64,000 nt of DNA from an archaeon (GCA_023259115.1 JAHFQW010000001.1:81937-145936); one strand, 5' to 3'; positions 19,222 through 28,460 are shown, counted from the first letter of the stretch. Notes: generated by a model from the letters alone, not told the origin. Translations and numbers: made by a program.

Positions 19222-19800
19222 ATGGCACAAAATATTATTGATGGATTTGTTGAATTGATGGGTTTTCAAGCGCAACAGGCGTATGGGGCATTGGAATTTT
19301 TTAATACAAAAAGAGATGAATTGCCTAACGTTTCTTTAGCCACTTTTACGCTTCATGCATCGTATGCTCGACATGTCTATCAGGGATTAGCTGATTATAT
19401 TGCTCGTTTGGAAGGACATAAACCTGTTGAAAGAGGCTGTTATTATATTACTACAAATCGTAATGAGACAAAGAGCGATTCTGAGCTTCAACGTTTTGTT
19501 CAAGGCTGTAAAATACAAGCAGTGATTGGGCTATATGGCATGAATTTATTAGATAATATATTAAGTGAAAAAGCAAAAAAAATTCAAGGTCCGATTTGTG
19601 ATTCGAAAGATTTTTTAGCAACGCTTGTGGTGTTGCCTAATGATGGACCAAAGTTAGATGTTCATGAGATTGAATTTGTGGGGAGGTCTTATTTAGATAT
19701 TATATCGTTTACTGATAATGTGGTGATGGCGAAACGTTTTGATTTGATGCTCAAGGCATTGGATGATGTGAGAACAAGTTACCCACAAAAAGTGTGGTGA
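19222..19800 (+). CDS. Hypothetical protein
   Basis: ORF only. Confidence 0.3.
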   Translation: MAQNIIDGFVELMGFQAQQAYGALEFFNTKRDELPNVSLATFTLHASYARHVYQGLADYIARLEGHKPVERGCYYITTNRNETKSDSELQRFVQGCKIQAVIGLYGMNLLDNILSEKAKKIQGPICDSKDFLATLVVLPNDGPKLDVHEIEFVGRSYLDIISFTDNVVMAKRFDLMLKALDDVRTSYPQKVW

Positions 19801-19866
19801 GTTGAAGAGATTTTTACTCAATGAAAAGGGGTCTAATACCCCATAGCTTGCTGTGACGACCACATT

Positions 19867-19894
19867 CGCTGAAAATGTTATCACATTTTCAGCG
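19867..19894 (+). repeat. Hairpin with TTATCACATTT loop related to the 28051 repeat loop
   Basis: CGCTGAAAATG-ttatcac-ATTTTCAGCG, a 10-bp stem. The loop TTATCACATTT matches the loop of the 28051 hairpin. Sits between convergent genes. Confidence 0.45.
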
Positions 19895-19925
19895 TGCCAA
19901 AAATTATTGATTTTTGTGCATTCAA

Positions 19926-19987
19926 GAGTAAAAATCCCTCAATCTTATTGAATGCTCCGCAGCTTTGCGATTGAGATTTTTACTTTT
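19926..19987 (+). repeat. AGTAAAAATC...GATTTTTACT long hairpin repeat (copy 1)
   Basis: Shares the TTCAAGAGTAAAAATC-N-CTCAA 5' arm and GATTTTTACT 3' arm with 28344-28389. Overlaps the stop of the DAHP-synthase-like gene. Confidence 0.45.
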
Positions 19988-20747
19988 TGTTTATGAGTTG
20001 GTGTATCTGTTTACTTTTTTGAATGATATTTTTTAATACGTCTGGAGTTATATGTTGTTCTTTATCTGATTGAGCTTGACTAAGATAAGGTTCAAGGCTT
20101 ACTTCGATGAGTAATCCATCTGCACCGGCGGCAATACCGGCTAAGGCTAATGGTTCAATGAGTTTTGCGGTTCCTGCGGCGTGTGATGGGTCGATGATGA
20201 TACGATGATGAAATAGGGGGTCAGATTTTAATGCGGCGAGGAAGTTGAGATCAAGGGTTGCTCGACTATATTCTCCATCAGTAAATGTGCGAATACCGCG
20301 TTCGCAGAGAATTATTTCACCCTGATGGCCGTATTCTTTGAGGTAGTTGATGGCACCAAGCACTTCTTGTTTGGTTGCGGCGAAACCTCGTTTGAGGAGG
20401 ATGGGGTTTTTGAGATGGGCTTGGGCGATTTTTTTGAGCAGAGCAGAATTATGCATGTTTCTTGAACCGATTTGAATGATGTCAGCAATAGGTGCGATGA
20501 GGAGGAGATGGTCTGGGTCAAGAATTTCGGTGACGAGTTTGAGATGGTATTTTTTGGCAACTGAGCTGATAATTTTGATGCCGTTATGTTCTATTCCTTG
20601 AAATGAGGAAGGAGAGGTACGTGGTTTGAAGATGTTGGCGCGCAGATGCGTTATGCCTAATTTTTGTAGTGATGAGGCGATGGCATCGAGTTGTGCTGGT
20701 GATTCTACGGCACAGGGACCGGCGATTATGAGGAGGGCTTGGGACAT
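19980..20747 (-). CDS. DAHP synthase / KDO8P synthase family (type I-beta 3-deoxy-7-phosphoheptulonate synthase-like)
   Basis: N-terminal LLIIAGPCAVES matches the IAGPC(S/A)VES signature of AroF/KdsA-type TIM-barrel synthases. ~255 aa. Confidence 0.6.
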   Translation of the reverse strand: MSQALLIIAGPCAVESPAQLDAIASSLQKLGITHLRANIFKPRTSPSSFQGIEHNGIKIISSVAKKYHLKLVTEILDPDHLLLIAPIADIIQIGSRNMHNSALLKKIAQAHLKNPILLKRGFAATKQEVLGAINYLKEYGHQGEIILCERGIRTFTDGEYSRATLDLNFLAALKSDPLFHHRIIIDPSHAAGTAKLIEPLALAGIAAGADGLLIEVSLEPYLSQAQSDKEQHITPDVLKNIIQKSKQIHQLINKK

Positions 20748-20815
20748 GATTGGGTTTTTGAATTGAAGTTTATCTTTGGGGTAACAAAGCAGCTAACGAG
20801 ATTTTCTTGTTTAAT

Positions 20816-21187
20816 TTATATCTGTAGTTGTGGGACGAACATTTTTGTTTTTGAGGTAATGCTTTTTCCTAATTCATTATAAAATGTGTTTCCTGCTGAG
20901 AGATTTGAACTGAGTTCAAAACCAAGAGGAACAAATACTTTTTCTTGAAGTTCTCGTTCTATTCTCTCGTACGTTCCTAAAGGAGATATATGATAAACCT
21001 GCGCAATGATATACATTCCTACTACCCCGGCTGATCCAAACATATTTTGGCCGTATTCATCTTTATCCGAGGTATGATACGCGGTGTGAATAGTTCTTAA
21101 TGTAGTTGATCTTACGGGATCTTGTAGTATATCCTCTATACAGAAATTAGCGGCTTCTTCTTGAGTTACTTTCTTTAGTTCAGGCAT
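20816..21187 (-). CDS. Hypothetical protein
   Basis: ORF only. Confidence 0.3.
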   Translation of the reverse strand: MPELKKVTQEEAANFCIEDILQDPVRSTTLRTIHTAYHTSDKDEYGQNMFGSAGVVGMYIIAQVYHISPLGTYERIERELQEKVFVPLGFELSSNLSAGNTFYNELGKSITSKTKMFVPQLQI

Positions 21188-21226
21188 ATTTATTCCTCAA
21201 TCCCATTAAATTCAATGTACTAGAAA

Positions 21227-21496
21227 TTATAAATTTGTTACTTCTTTTTGGAATTCTTTTGCTTTCTTTTTTAAGTTAGCTAATGCTTCTTTGATGGCTT
21301 TTCTGGGTTCGATGCTTTTTGTTTCGATATGAAATTGAGGTACGCCTACAAGAGGGTGGCTGATTCTATAGGTGGCGATTTCTATGCCTTTGATTTCTTG
21401 TAGCTCTTGTTTGAGAGCATTACAGAAGGTATGAGTTTCCCCGGGCAGTTCAAATAGGAGCTTATGTTTGTCTTCTTCGATTACTTTGAATTCCAT
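21227..21496 (-). CDS. rpoL: DNA-directed RNA polymerase subunit L (Rpb11 homologue)
   Basis: MEFKVIEEDKHKLLFELPGETHTFCNAL...ATYRISHPL matches the RpoL/Rpb11 pattern (E-x-HT-x-N...Y...HPL). Confidence 0.7.
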   Translation of the reverse strand: MEFKVIEEDKHKLLFELPGETHTFCNALKQELQEIKGIEIATYRISHPLVGVPQFHIETKSIEPRKAIKEALANLKKKAKEFQKEVTNL

Positions 21497-21621
21497 TTTA
21501 GGAGATATTTAAGAGGGTATTTATAAATGTTACGTTGCCGTTTGAGAATGTTTTGTATTTGAAAAAAAGAGGTGGCGTTTGTTACTTAAATTTTATAAAG
21601 AGATTATTTTTTTGGTTTCTT

Positions 21622-22575
21622 ATGTTAGAAGAACGCATTTTAAAAGTAGGGTTAGTACAGATGGAGATGGCTGAGCGACGTTATGAAAATATGACATGCG
21701 CGCGTGAGCTTGTGCATGAAGCTGCAGCAAAAGGTGCTGAGATTGTGTGTTTGCCAGAGTTGTTTTCTTTGCGATATTTTGCGCAGGCCGTTGATAGAGA
21801 TTTGTTTGCTTTAGCGGAAAAAGATGTAGATGAGCCAGGTACAATGAGAAGCTTTTTGAAAGAGTTAGCAGCTGATGTAAAGGTAATGCTTGTGGGTGGT
21901 TCTTTTTATGAAGTAGATTCAATAGGTGTAGTAGATAACACTCATTCTTTGGCTGGTGTAGCAGATAAGTCTGATTCTACTTTAGATCATAATTTAAATC
22001 ATTTAAATTTAAAATATTATAACACGTCGCTGGTTGTTGATAGTAGAGGAGAGGTTGTTGGGAAATATCGCAAAATTCATATCCCTCAAGATAAGTATTA
22101 TTATGAGCAGTTTTATTTTAGTTCGGGTAATCTAGGATATGTGCAGGTGCAGCATGAGAAAGCAAAAGTTGCACCACTTATTTGTTATGATCAATGGTTT
22201 GCGGAAGCGGCGAGAGCTAATGTGTTAGTAGGGGCGGAAGTGTTATTTTATCCGACAGCGATTGGATGGTTTAATGAGATGAAGAAAGAGGAGCCGTTTG
22301 CGCAACAGCGGTGGGTTGATGCGATGCGGAGTCATGCGTCGTTGAATGGAGTGTATACAGTGGCGGTGAATCGGGTGTGGGTGGATGGAGAGTTGAATTT
22401 TTGGGGTAGTTCTTTTGTGGCTGATCCGTATGGACAAATTGTTGCTCAATGTTCTGATAATCGGGCTGAGGTTTTAGTTGTGGAGTTAGATATGAATTTG
22501 GTTAGAAAATCACAAGAGAGTTGGGGATTTTTAGGAAATAGAAAACCGCAAACGTATGGCGGGATTGTGAGGTAA
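21622..22575 (+). CDS. aguB: Carbon-nitrogen hydrolase (nitrilase superfamily), probable N-carbamoylputrescine amidase
   Basis: VGLVQM start block and CN-hydrolase-like length and sequence. Immediately upstream of agmatine deiminase. Start re-assigned to the internal Met (MLEERIL). Confidence 0.55.
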   Translation: MLEERILKVGLVQMEMAERRYENMTCARELVHEAAAKGAEIVCLPELFSLRYFAQAVDRDLFALAEKDVDEPGTMRSFLKELAADVKVMLVGGSFYEVDSIGVVDNTHSLAGVADKSDSTLDHNLNHLNLKYYNTSLVVDSRGEVVGKYRKIHIPQDKYYYEQFYFSSGNLGYVQVQHEKAKVAPLICYDQWFAEAARANVLVGAEVLFYPTAIGWFNEMKKEEPFAQQRWVDAMRSHASLNGVYTVAVNRVWVDGELNFWGSSFVADPYGQIVAQCSDNRAEVLVVELDMNLVRKSQESWGFLGNRKPQTYGGIVR

Positions 22576-22581
22576 GAAAAA

Positions 22582-23676
22582 ATGATGATATTACGAAAAG
22601 ATTCTGATAATGGATATACTCCAAAACGAGAGGGGTTTCGAATGCCGGCGGAGTGGGAAAGACAGGACGCGATTTGGTTGAGCTGGCCGCATAATACGGA
22701 GTGGTGGGGAGAGGAGATTTCTAGAATGGATGCTATTTATGGGCAGTGGGCAAAGATGTTTTGTGATGATCAAGGGGTGCGTATTCTTGTTCCAAGTAAA
22801 GAGGTTGAGCAGCGAGCAAGGCAGGTTTTAGAGTCAGTTGGTGTTTTAGAGCAGAAGGTGAAGTTTTATCCGATTTCTACTGGTGAGATTTTCATTCGTG
22901 ATTATGGACCAACGTTTGTGGTGCGTGATGCAACTGGTGAGAAGGCGATGGTGTGTTGGGATTTTAATGCGTGGGGTGGGAAATATGAATCATCTCTGAA
23001 TGATGCGTATGTTCCTTATCTTATGAATGAGTATTTACATTTACCTCTTTTTTGTCCAGGGATTGTGATGGAAGGCGGCTCGATTGATGTGAATGGCCGA
23101 GGATGTGTTTTGACAACGGAATCAGTGTTGTTGAATAAGAATAGAAATCCGGAGCTTGGGAAGAGTGAATTGGAGAAGTATTTATGTGACTATTTGAATG
23201 TTGAAAAAGTATTATGGTTGAATCAGGGTTTAGAAGGTGATGATACGGATGGGCATATTGATGATATTGCGCGGTTTGTAAATGCTCGCACGATTTTATG
23301 TGCGTATGAAGAAGATACTACTGATGTAAATTATGCGGCGTTGCATGAAAATTATGAACGGTTAGTTACGATGAGAGATGTGGGGGGGGGCTTATTTGAT
23401 GTGGTGAGAATGCCTATGGCAAAAGTTGTGGCTGAGGAGCATCTGCATACAGGGAATAGTCGCAAGCCGGCGAGTTATTTGAATTTTTATATTGGTAATA
23501 AGATGGTAGCAGTGCCGATTTTTGGGGGAGAACATGATGAGCGGGCACTCGAAATTATTGGGCGTTATTTTCCGGATAGAAGAGTTGCGGGGATTGATTG
23601 TTCAAAGATGGTGCTGGATGGGGGAACGCTGCATTGTGCGAGTCAGCAGGAGCCAGCTTGTGAGAGAAAATTTTAA
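22582..23676 (+). CDS. aguA: Agmatine deiminase (porphyromonas-type peptidylarginine deiminase family)
   Basis: Family-typical C-terminal DGGTLHCASQQ (catalytic Cys in the G-x-x-HC-x-TQQ motif). N-terminal W-x-x-WP block (AIWLSWPHN). Confidence 0.7.
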   Translation: MMILRKDSDNGYTPKREGFRMPAEWERQDAIWLSWPHNTEWWGEEISRMDAIYGQWAKMFCDDQGVRILVPSKEVEQRARQVLESVGVLEQKVKFYPISTGEIFIRDYGPTFVVRDATGEKAMVCWDFNAWGGKYESSLNDAYVPYLMNEYLHLPLFCPGIVMEGGSIDVNGRGCVLTTESVLLNKNRNPELGKSELEKYLCDYLNVEKVLWLNQGLEGDDTDGHIDDIARFVNARTILCAYEEDTTDVNYAALHENYERLVTMRDVGGGLFDVVRMPMAKVVAEEHLHTGNSRKPASYLNFYIGNKMVAVPIFGGEHDERALEIIGRYFPDRRVAGIDCSKMVLDGGTLHCASQQEPACERKF

Positions 23677-23738
23677 TTTTGAATATTTTATTTTGATTCT
23701 CTATTCTTTTTTTATTATCTTTTTTTTTATTTAAGTTG

Positions 23739-24650
23739 TTATGCTTTTTGAATTCTGTTCTGAATTTCTGGAGGGAGCTGCATACAGGCTAGATGAATCT
23801 GTGGTGTGTACCATTTTAATTCTCTTGTGTCAAAGCGATTTGTTCGTTCTTGTAATTTTTGTAACGAGGTGTTGAAGGCGTTATAATTTTTAGAAGCGGT
23901 GACAAATGTGAAATACCCTCCGTGATAGGTTGGTACGGCAGTGATAATTCCTTGTACTGCGCCATTTTGGTATATGTTTTTCAATTGGTGGTAGTGTTCT
24001 GCCATTTCTGTTGGTTGATAAAGACTCGAACCGGTTTGACGGATGCTGACTCCGTATATAGTTAAAAGATCGTGAATATTTTGGTAAAATTCATTGCGAA
24101 ATAATGAGAGAGCAACACCCATGGGGTCAGGTGAATCTACTATAATTATATCATATGTTTTTCCTTGGGCGATTTTTTCTTTGACAAATATTGCACCGTC
24201 AGCAATGGTGAGATTGACACGCGGATCGTCAAATGAGCCGTTAGGAATAGAAGGGATATATTGTTTCATGACGTTTATGATGGTGGCGTCGATATCTACA
24301 ACATCTATTTCTTTTAGTGAGGGATATTTTACGGCTTCACGTAATGTTCCGCCATCACAACCTATGAGAAGGGCGGTTTTTGGCGGGATAAAATAGGAAT
24401 TCATAGGGATATGAACTATTGGTTCGTGATAGTAGGCGTTGTCTTTTTCGGTTGTTTGAATTACGTCGTCAATGGTTAATACTCTGCCGTATTGAGGTGT
24501 GTCGAGAACTTTAATTTGCTGTAGGGGCAGACCTTGTTCATCTTGGCTTGTTTGTTCGAATAGAATCTGAGATACTTTGAATGAAAGAGATACGTTTTCA
24601 AATAAGCTTTCTTGAAACCAGATTTCGTTGTCTTTTGTTATTAGTGGCAT
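23739..24650 (-). CDS. speE: Spermidine synthase / polyamine aminopropyltransferase
   Basis: LLIGCDGGTLREAVKY...IDVVDID corresponds to the GGGDGG...E-I-D SAM/decarboxy-SAM binding signature. ~300 aa. Confidence 0.7.
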   Translation of the reverse strand: MPLITKDNEIWFQESLFENVSLSFKVSQILFEQTSQDEQGLPLQQIKVLDTPQYGRVLTIDDVIQTTEKDNAYYHEPIVHIPMNSYFIPPKTALLIGCDGGTLREAVKYPSLKEIDVVDIDATIINVMKQYIPSIPNGSFDDPRVNLTIADGAIFVKEKIAQGKTYDIIIVDSPDPMGVALSLFRNEFYQNIHDLLTIYGVSIRQTGSSLYQPTEMAEHYHQLKNIYQNGAVQGIITAVPTYHGGYFTFVTASKNYNAFNTSLQKLQERTNRFDTRELKWYTPQIHLACMQLPPEIQNRIQKA

Positions 24651-24683
24651 GTGTATTTGGTTGCGAGGTTATAGTTTATGAAT

Positions 24684-25883
24684 TTATTGGTTTGCTAATA
24701 TCTCTTTTGGAAGGATGTATACTTTTAAAGGAGGAAAGCCATTGAAACAAATGGAGGAGTACGTTTGGGTATATGCGCCGGTTGTGAGGATAAAGGCTCG
24801 GTCACGGCTTTGTAAATCAAGGGGGAGTTGATATTTGAATTTTTCGTACATGATGTCATAGCTGTCACAGGTGGGACCGGCGAGAAATACTTCTCCTGTT
24901 TTAGGTGGGGGTTGATTGATATAGCGTTCAATAAAAATAGGATATTTAATTGATTCGTCTAGTGTTTCAATTAATCCGCCAAATTTGCCAATGTCTAAGT
25001 ATACCCAGCGATCTGGACTGTAGGGTGATTTTTGAGATACAAGAATTACTTCACTTACGATAACGCCGCTATCTGCGGTAATAGAACGTCCGGGTTCAAT
25101 GATGATTTCGGGGAGTTTGGGGAAGTGTTTTTTGAGATAGGAATGCACACCTTGGGCATATTCTTTTATTGAGGGGGTAGTATGGATATATTGCGCGGGA
25201 AATCCGCCGCCAATATCAATTGCTTCAAGAGGGATACCTTGCTGGGAGGTTTGGTCAAATAGACTTTTACAGATGGTGAGGAAGTGGTCCCACTCAGAAA
25301 TATTACGTTGTTGTGAACCGACATGGAAAGATAGTCCGTAGGGGTGCAACCCTAGGTCTTTTGCTTTGGGTATGAGAGTTGTAATAAGATCGGGATGGGC
25401 ACCAAATTTTTTGGAGAGTGGCCAGTCTGCGAATGAGCCACTGCCCTCAGAGATGATTCGGAAAATTATGTTAGAACCAGGTGCGTGCTGTGCGAGGTGT
25501 TCTAAATCCATTTGCGAGTCGGTGGTGAACAGACGGATGCCTTGTTGGTAGGCGTAGGCGATGTCTTGGGATTTTTTGATGGTGTTGCCAAAGCTCATAT
25601 GCTGGGGTGGGATGGCTTGTTGGAATAATTGATCCATTTCATATTTAGAGGCGATGTCAAAATGGGTTCCATGTTCTTTGAGGAGATTAATGACTTCTTC
25701 TTGAGGGTTTGCTTTCATGGCGTAGTAGATTTTGGCATAGGGGAGAGATTGCTGTAGCTCATTATATTTTTGAGCAATCTTTTCAAGATTAATGAGTAGG
25801 AAAGGGGTTTCTTTGTTTTTTGAGAACTCTTGTATGTGATGTAGTTCGGCGGGGGTTAGGTAGTTATAGATTGTTTTGTCCAT
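24684..25883 (-). CDS. PLP-dependent Orn/Arg/Lys decarboxylase (alanine-racemase fold, group IV), probable arginine decarboxylase
   Basis: IYYAMKANP (PLP-lysine motif). GGG near 225-235. C-terminal beta-barrel region. Sits in a polyamine cluster next to speE and aguA/aguB. Confidence 0.65.
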   Translation of the reverse strand: MDKTIYNYLTPAELHHIQEFSKNKETPFLLINLEKIAQKYNELQQSLPYAKIYYAMKANPQEEVINLLKEHGTHFDIASKYEMDQLFQQAIPPQHMSFGNTIKKSQDIAYAYQQGIRLFTTDSQMDLEHLAQHAPGSNIIFRIISEGSGSFADWPLSKKFGAHPDLITTLIPKAKDLGLHPYGLSFHVGSQQRNISEWDHFLTICKSLFDQTSQQGIPLEAIDIGGGFPAQYIHTTPSIKEYAQGVHSYLKKHFPKLPEIIIEPGRSITADSGVIVSEVILVSQKSPYSPDRWVYLDIGKFGGLIETLDESIKYPIFIERYINQPPPKTGEVFLAGPTCDSYDIMYEKFKYQLPLDLQSRDRAFILTTGAYTQTYSSICFNGFPPLKVYILPKEILANQ

Positions 25884-25994
25884 CTTCTATTCCTCACTTT
25901 TTTTGGTTGTTATTCCAGAGAGATTTATGTAGTTTATGTTACATCTTTTAAGTAGTTATTTCAGAAAAGTTTATAAATAGAGGGGTAATTCTGT

Positions 25995-26432
25995 TTGTCT
26001 ATGTGTCCTGAGAGAATGTATTCTGAGAAAATATTTCGAACAACGCCAGTTCGTTCATTAGAGGATACTCTTTTTAATGGAAGGCATACGTTTTTAGATC
26101 ATACTCTACATTATGCGCTGCCGTTAATGAATGGGGTGATTATTGGATGTGGATTAGTATCTAACTATAATGCAGCGATAGTAGCAGTTATGGCTGCTGG
26201 TGGAAGTGGCTATGTTCAAGCACGGAATTATATTAATGATTTATCATATGAATTTGGGAATGTTGAATTGTCTGATGTTTTTGAGAATGAATTTCGTGGT
26301 GAATTTCGAGAAGAATGTAGGGTTAGGGCATCGATTGGGGTGTTGCGCGGTGTAGTGGAAGGAAGTGGTCTGGTTGTTTTGGGATTAGGCATAGCGAATT
26401 ATTTTGAATCGGCGTATCATATGGTGAAGTGA
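25995..26432 (+). CDS. Hypothetical protein
   Basis: ORF only. Contains a hydrophobic/Gly-rich segment. Confidence 0.3.
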   Translation: MSMCPERMYSEKIFRTTPVRSLEDTLFNGRHTFLDHTLHYALPLMNGVIIGCGLVSNYNAAIVAVMAAGGSGYVQARNYINDLSYEFGNVELSDVFENEFRGEFREECRVRASIGVLRGVVEGSGLVVLGLGIANYFESAYHMVK

Positions 26433-26498
26433 AGTTTATTGGATTTCAATTAGAGTTCATTGAGGAAAAGATTTATGAACTTCTCTTAGTTTATTAGA

Positions 26499-28046
26499 TT
26501 GATGAAAAGAGGTAATGTTGAGAAACAAAAAGTACTTTTATTAATTCTGGATGGATTTGGTTATCGAGAGGAGACTCGAGGAAATGCAGTTAAACTGGCT
26601 AAAACGCCGGTGTGGAGTGGTTTGTGGAAAAAGTATCCACATGCATTGCTTGATGCGTCAGGGAAAGCGGTGGGTTTACCTGAGGGATATATGGGCAATT
26701 CTGAAGTGGGTCATTTAACGATTGGGTCAGGTAGAGTTGTAGATACAGATTTTGTGAGAATTGAGAGGGCGATTCGGAGCGGGAAATTCTTTAAAGATAA
26801 AGCATTGCTGGAGGCGATATTGCATGCGAAGAGGAATAAGACAAAATTACATCTGCTAGGGCTTTTGAGTGATTCAGGGGTGCATGCACATATTTCTCAT
26901 TTATTTGCACTGCTTAAGATGGCGAAGATGCATGGACTCAAAGAGGTGTATGTGCATGCGATATTAGATGGACGAGATACACCGCCAAAATCGGCGAAGA
27001 AGTATGTTCAAATGTTACTTGATGAGATGAAGAGGTTGGGAATTGGTACTCTGGCAACGATGATGGGAAGATATTATGCAATGGATCGAGATAATCGATG
27101 GAATCGTGAGCATAGGGCGTATGAATGTATGGTGCAATGTATTGGTCGTCATGCAACAGATCCATTTACAGCGCTTGATTCGGCGTATGCGGTGGGTGAG
27201 ACGGATGAGTTTTTTGAGCCAACAATTTTACTGAATAAATGTATTGTTGAGGAGCATGATTCGGTGATTTTTTTTAATTTCAGATCGGATAGGGCTCGAG
27301 AGTTAACTAAAGCGTTTGTGTTGGGTGAATTTAAGAATTTTAAACGCAAGAAGTTGATTGATTTGAAGTTTGTGACGCTCACACAGTATGATTCACGTGT
27401 GAAAGTTCCTGTAGCGTTTGCACCGGTGGTGCCAGTGATGACGTTAGGTGAGGTTATTTCGAGAGAAGGGTTGAGGCAGTTGCGTATTGCGGAGACGGAG
27501 AAGTGGGCGCATGTGACGTATTTTTTTAATGGGTTGTGCGAGTGTATTTTTCCCCGCGAGCATCGGGTGCATATAGCTAGTTTGAAAGTTGCAAAATATG
27601 ATAAAACACCTGCAATGAGGGCTAAAGGGATTACAGATGTGTTGTTACGCGATCAGAGGGAGTATGATTTTTTTGTTGTGAATTTTGCGAATGCGGATAT
27701 GGTGGGTCATACAGGAAATTTAAAAGCGACTTCTCGATCAATTGAGGTGATTGATAGGCAGTTGGGTCGGATAATTAGGGAGTTTAAAGGAGTAGTTGTG
27801 ATTACGGCGGATCATGGAAATTGTGAAGATATGTTGGGAGAGTGTACTACGTGTCATACGACAGCGAGGGTGCCGTTTATGGTGGTTGGTGGTGGGGAAG
27901 GAAGTGAAGGAAAAAGGAGAGGAAAATGGGGACAGAGAAGATTGATTGAGGTTGGGGCCCTGCAGGATGTGGCGCCAACGGTGTTAGATGTGATGGGTAT
28001 CAAGAAACCTAAAGAGATGAGGGGAAAGAGTTTGTGGGTGATGTGA
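26499..28046 (+). CDS. gpmI: 2,3-bisphosphoglycerate-independent phosphoglycerate mutase (bacterial-type iPGM)
   Basis: N-terminal LLLILDGFGYREE...GNA is a hallmark of GpmI. ~515 aa with phosphatase and transferase domain layout. Confidence 0.75.
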   Translation: MMKRGNVEKQKVLLLILDGFGYREETRGNAVKLAKTPVWSGLWKKYPHALLDASGKAVGLPEGYMGNSEVGHLTIGSGRVVDTDFVRIERAIRSGKFFKDKALLEAILHAKRNKTKLHLLGLLSDSGVHAHISHLFALLKMAKMHGLKEVYVHAILDGRDTPPKSAKKYVQMLLDEMKRLGIGTLATMMGRYYAMDRDNRWNREHRAYECMVQCIGRHATDPFTALDSAYAVGETDEFFEPTILLNKCIVEEHDSVIFFNFRSDRARELTKAFVLGEFKNFKRKKLIDLKFVTLTQYDSRVKVPVAFAPVVPVMTLGEVISREGLRQLRIAETEKWAHVTYFFNGLCECIFPREHRVHIASLKVAKYDKTPAMRAKGITDVLLRDQREYDFFVVNFANADMVGHTGNLKATSRSIEVIDRQLGRIIREFKGVVVITADHGNCEDMLGECTTCHTTARVPFMVVGGGEGSEGKRRGKWGQRRLIEVGALQDVAPTVLDVMGIKKPKEMRGKSLWVM

Positions 28047-28050
28047 AGGT

Positions 28051-28096
28051 ATAGATAACTGCGCAAGTTATATCACATTTGGCGCAGTTATCTAAT
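28051..28096 (+). repeat. Intergenic hairpin repeat, TAGATAA-stem/ACATTTG-loop/TTATCTAATA family
   Basis: ATAGATAACTGCGC-aagttatatcacatttg-GCGCAGTTATCTAATA forms a 12-bp perfect stem. Lies 5 nt after the gpmI stop. Confidence 0.55.
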
Positions 28097-28099
28097 ACA

Positions 28100-28460
28100 A
28101 GAAAATAAATAAACGATTTATTTTCCACAAGACAAAACCGCGATTTTGTCTGTGCACAAATAGGATAGTTTTCCTATTTTGTGTGTACAGAAATACGATC
28201 GTTTTCGTATTTCTTGTAAGTAAACTGCGTGCATAATGTAGTGAAATTCGCAAGAAATGGAACAAAATGTTGCGAATTTCAATATATAAATGAGTTTGAA
28301 TAACTATATCCGATTCAATGAAAATGCAAAAACCATTTTCAAGAGTAAAAATCACCTCAAGTGTTCAAATAGGCAAGTGATTTTTACTTGTCAAACTCAT
28401 TTAAGAAGAACTTTGAATTGATAAAATAAAATATTATTCAAAGTTCTCTATAAAAATTGC
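28100..28460 (+). repeat. Array of at least 6 consecutive unrelated perfect hairpins (stems 7-11 bp) in a 650-nt intergenic region
   Basis: GACAAAA/TTTTGTC. AAATAGGA/TCCTATTT. AGAAATACGA/TCGTATTTCT. GAAATTCGCAA/TTGCGAATTTC. GTAAAAATCAC/GTGATTTTTAC. GAACTTTGAA/TTCAAAGTTC. Confidence 0.5.
28344..28389 (+). repeat. AGTAAAAATC...GATTTTTACT hairpin repeat (copy 2)
   Basis: AGTAAAAATCAC-loop-GTGATTTTTACT, an 11-bp stem. Related to 19926-19987. Confidence 0.45.

Noticed and set aside
19147-19275. N-terminal 43 codons of the primase ORF as called (start 19275)
   Set aside because: This would overlap the divergent gene 19222..19800. The conserved PriS sequence begins at the internal Met (MPLDKS), so the shorter form was preferred.
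28092-28355. 87-aa minus-strand ORF in the gpmI downstream region
   Set aside because: It runs through a dense series of perfect hairpins and low-complexity sequence. It is far more likely to be a non-coding repeat region than a gene.
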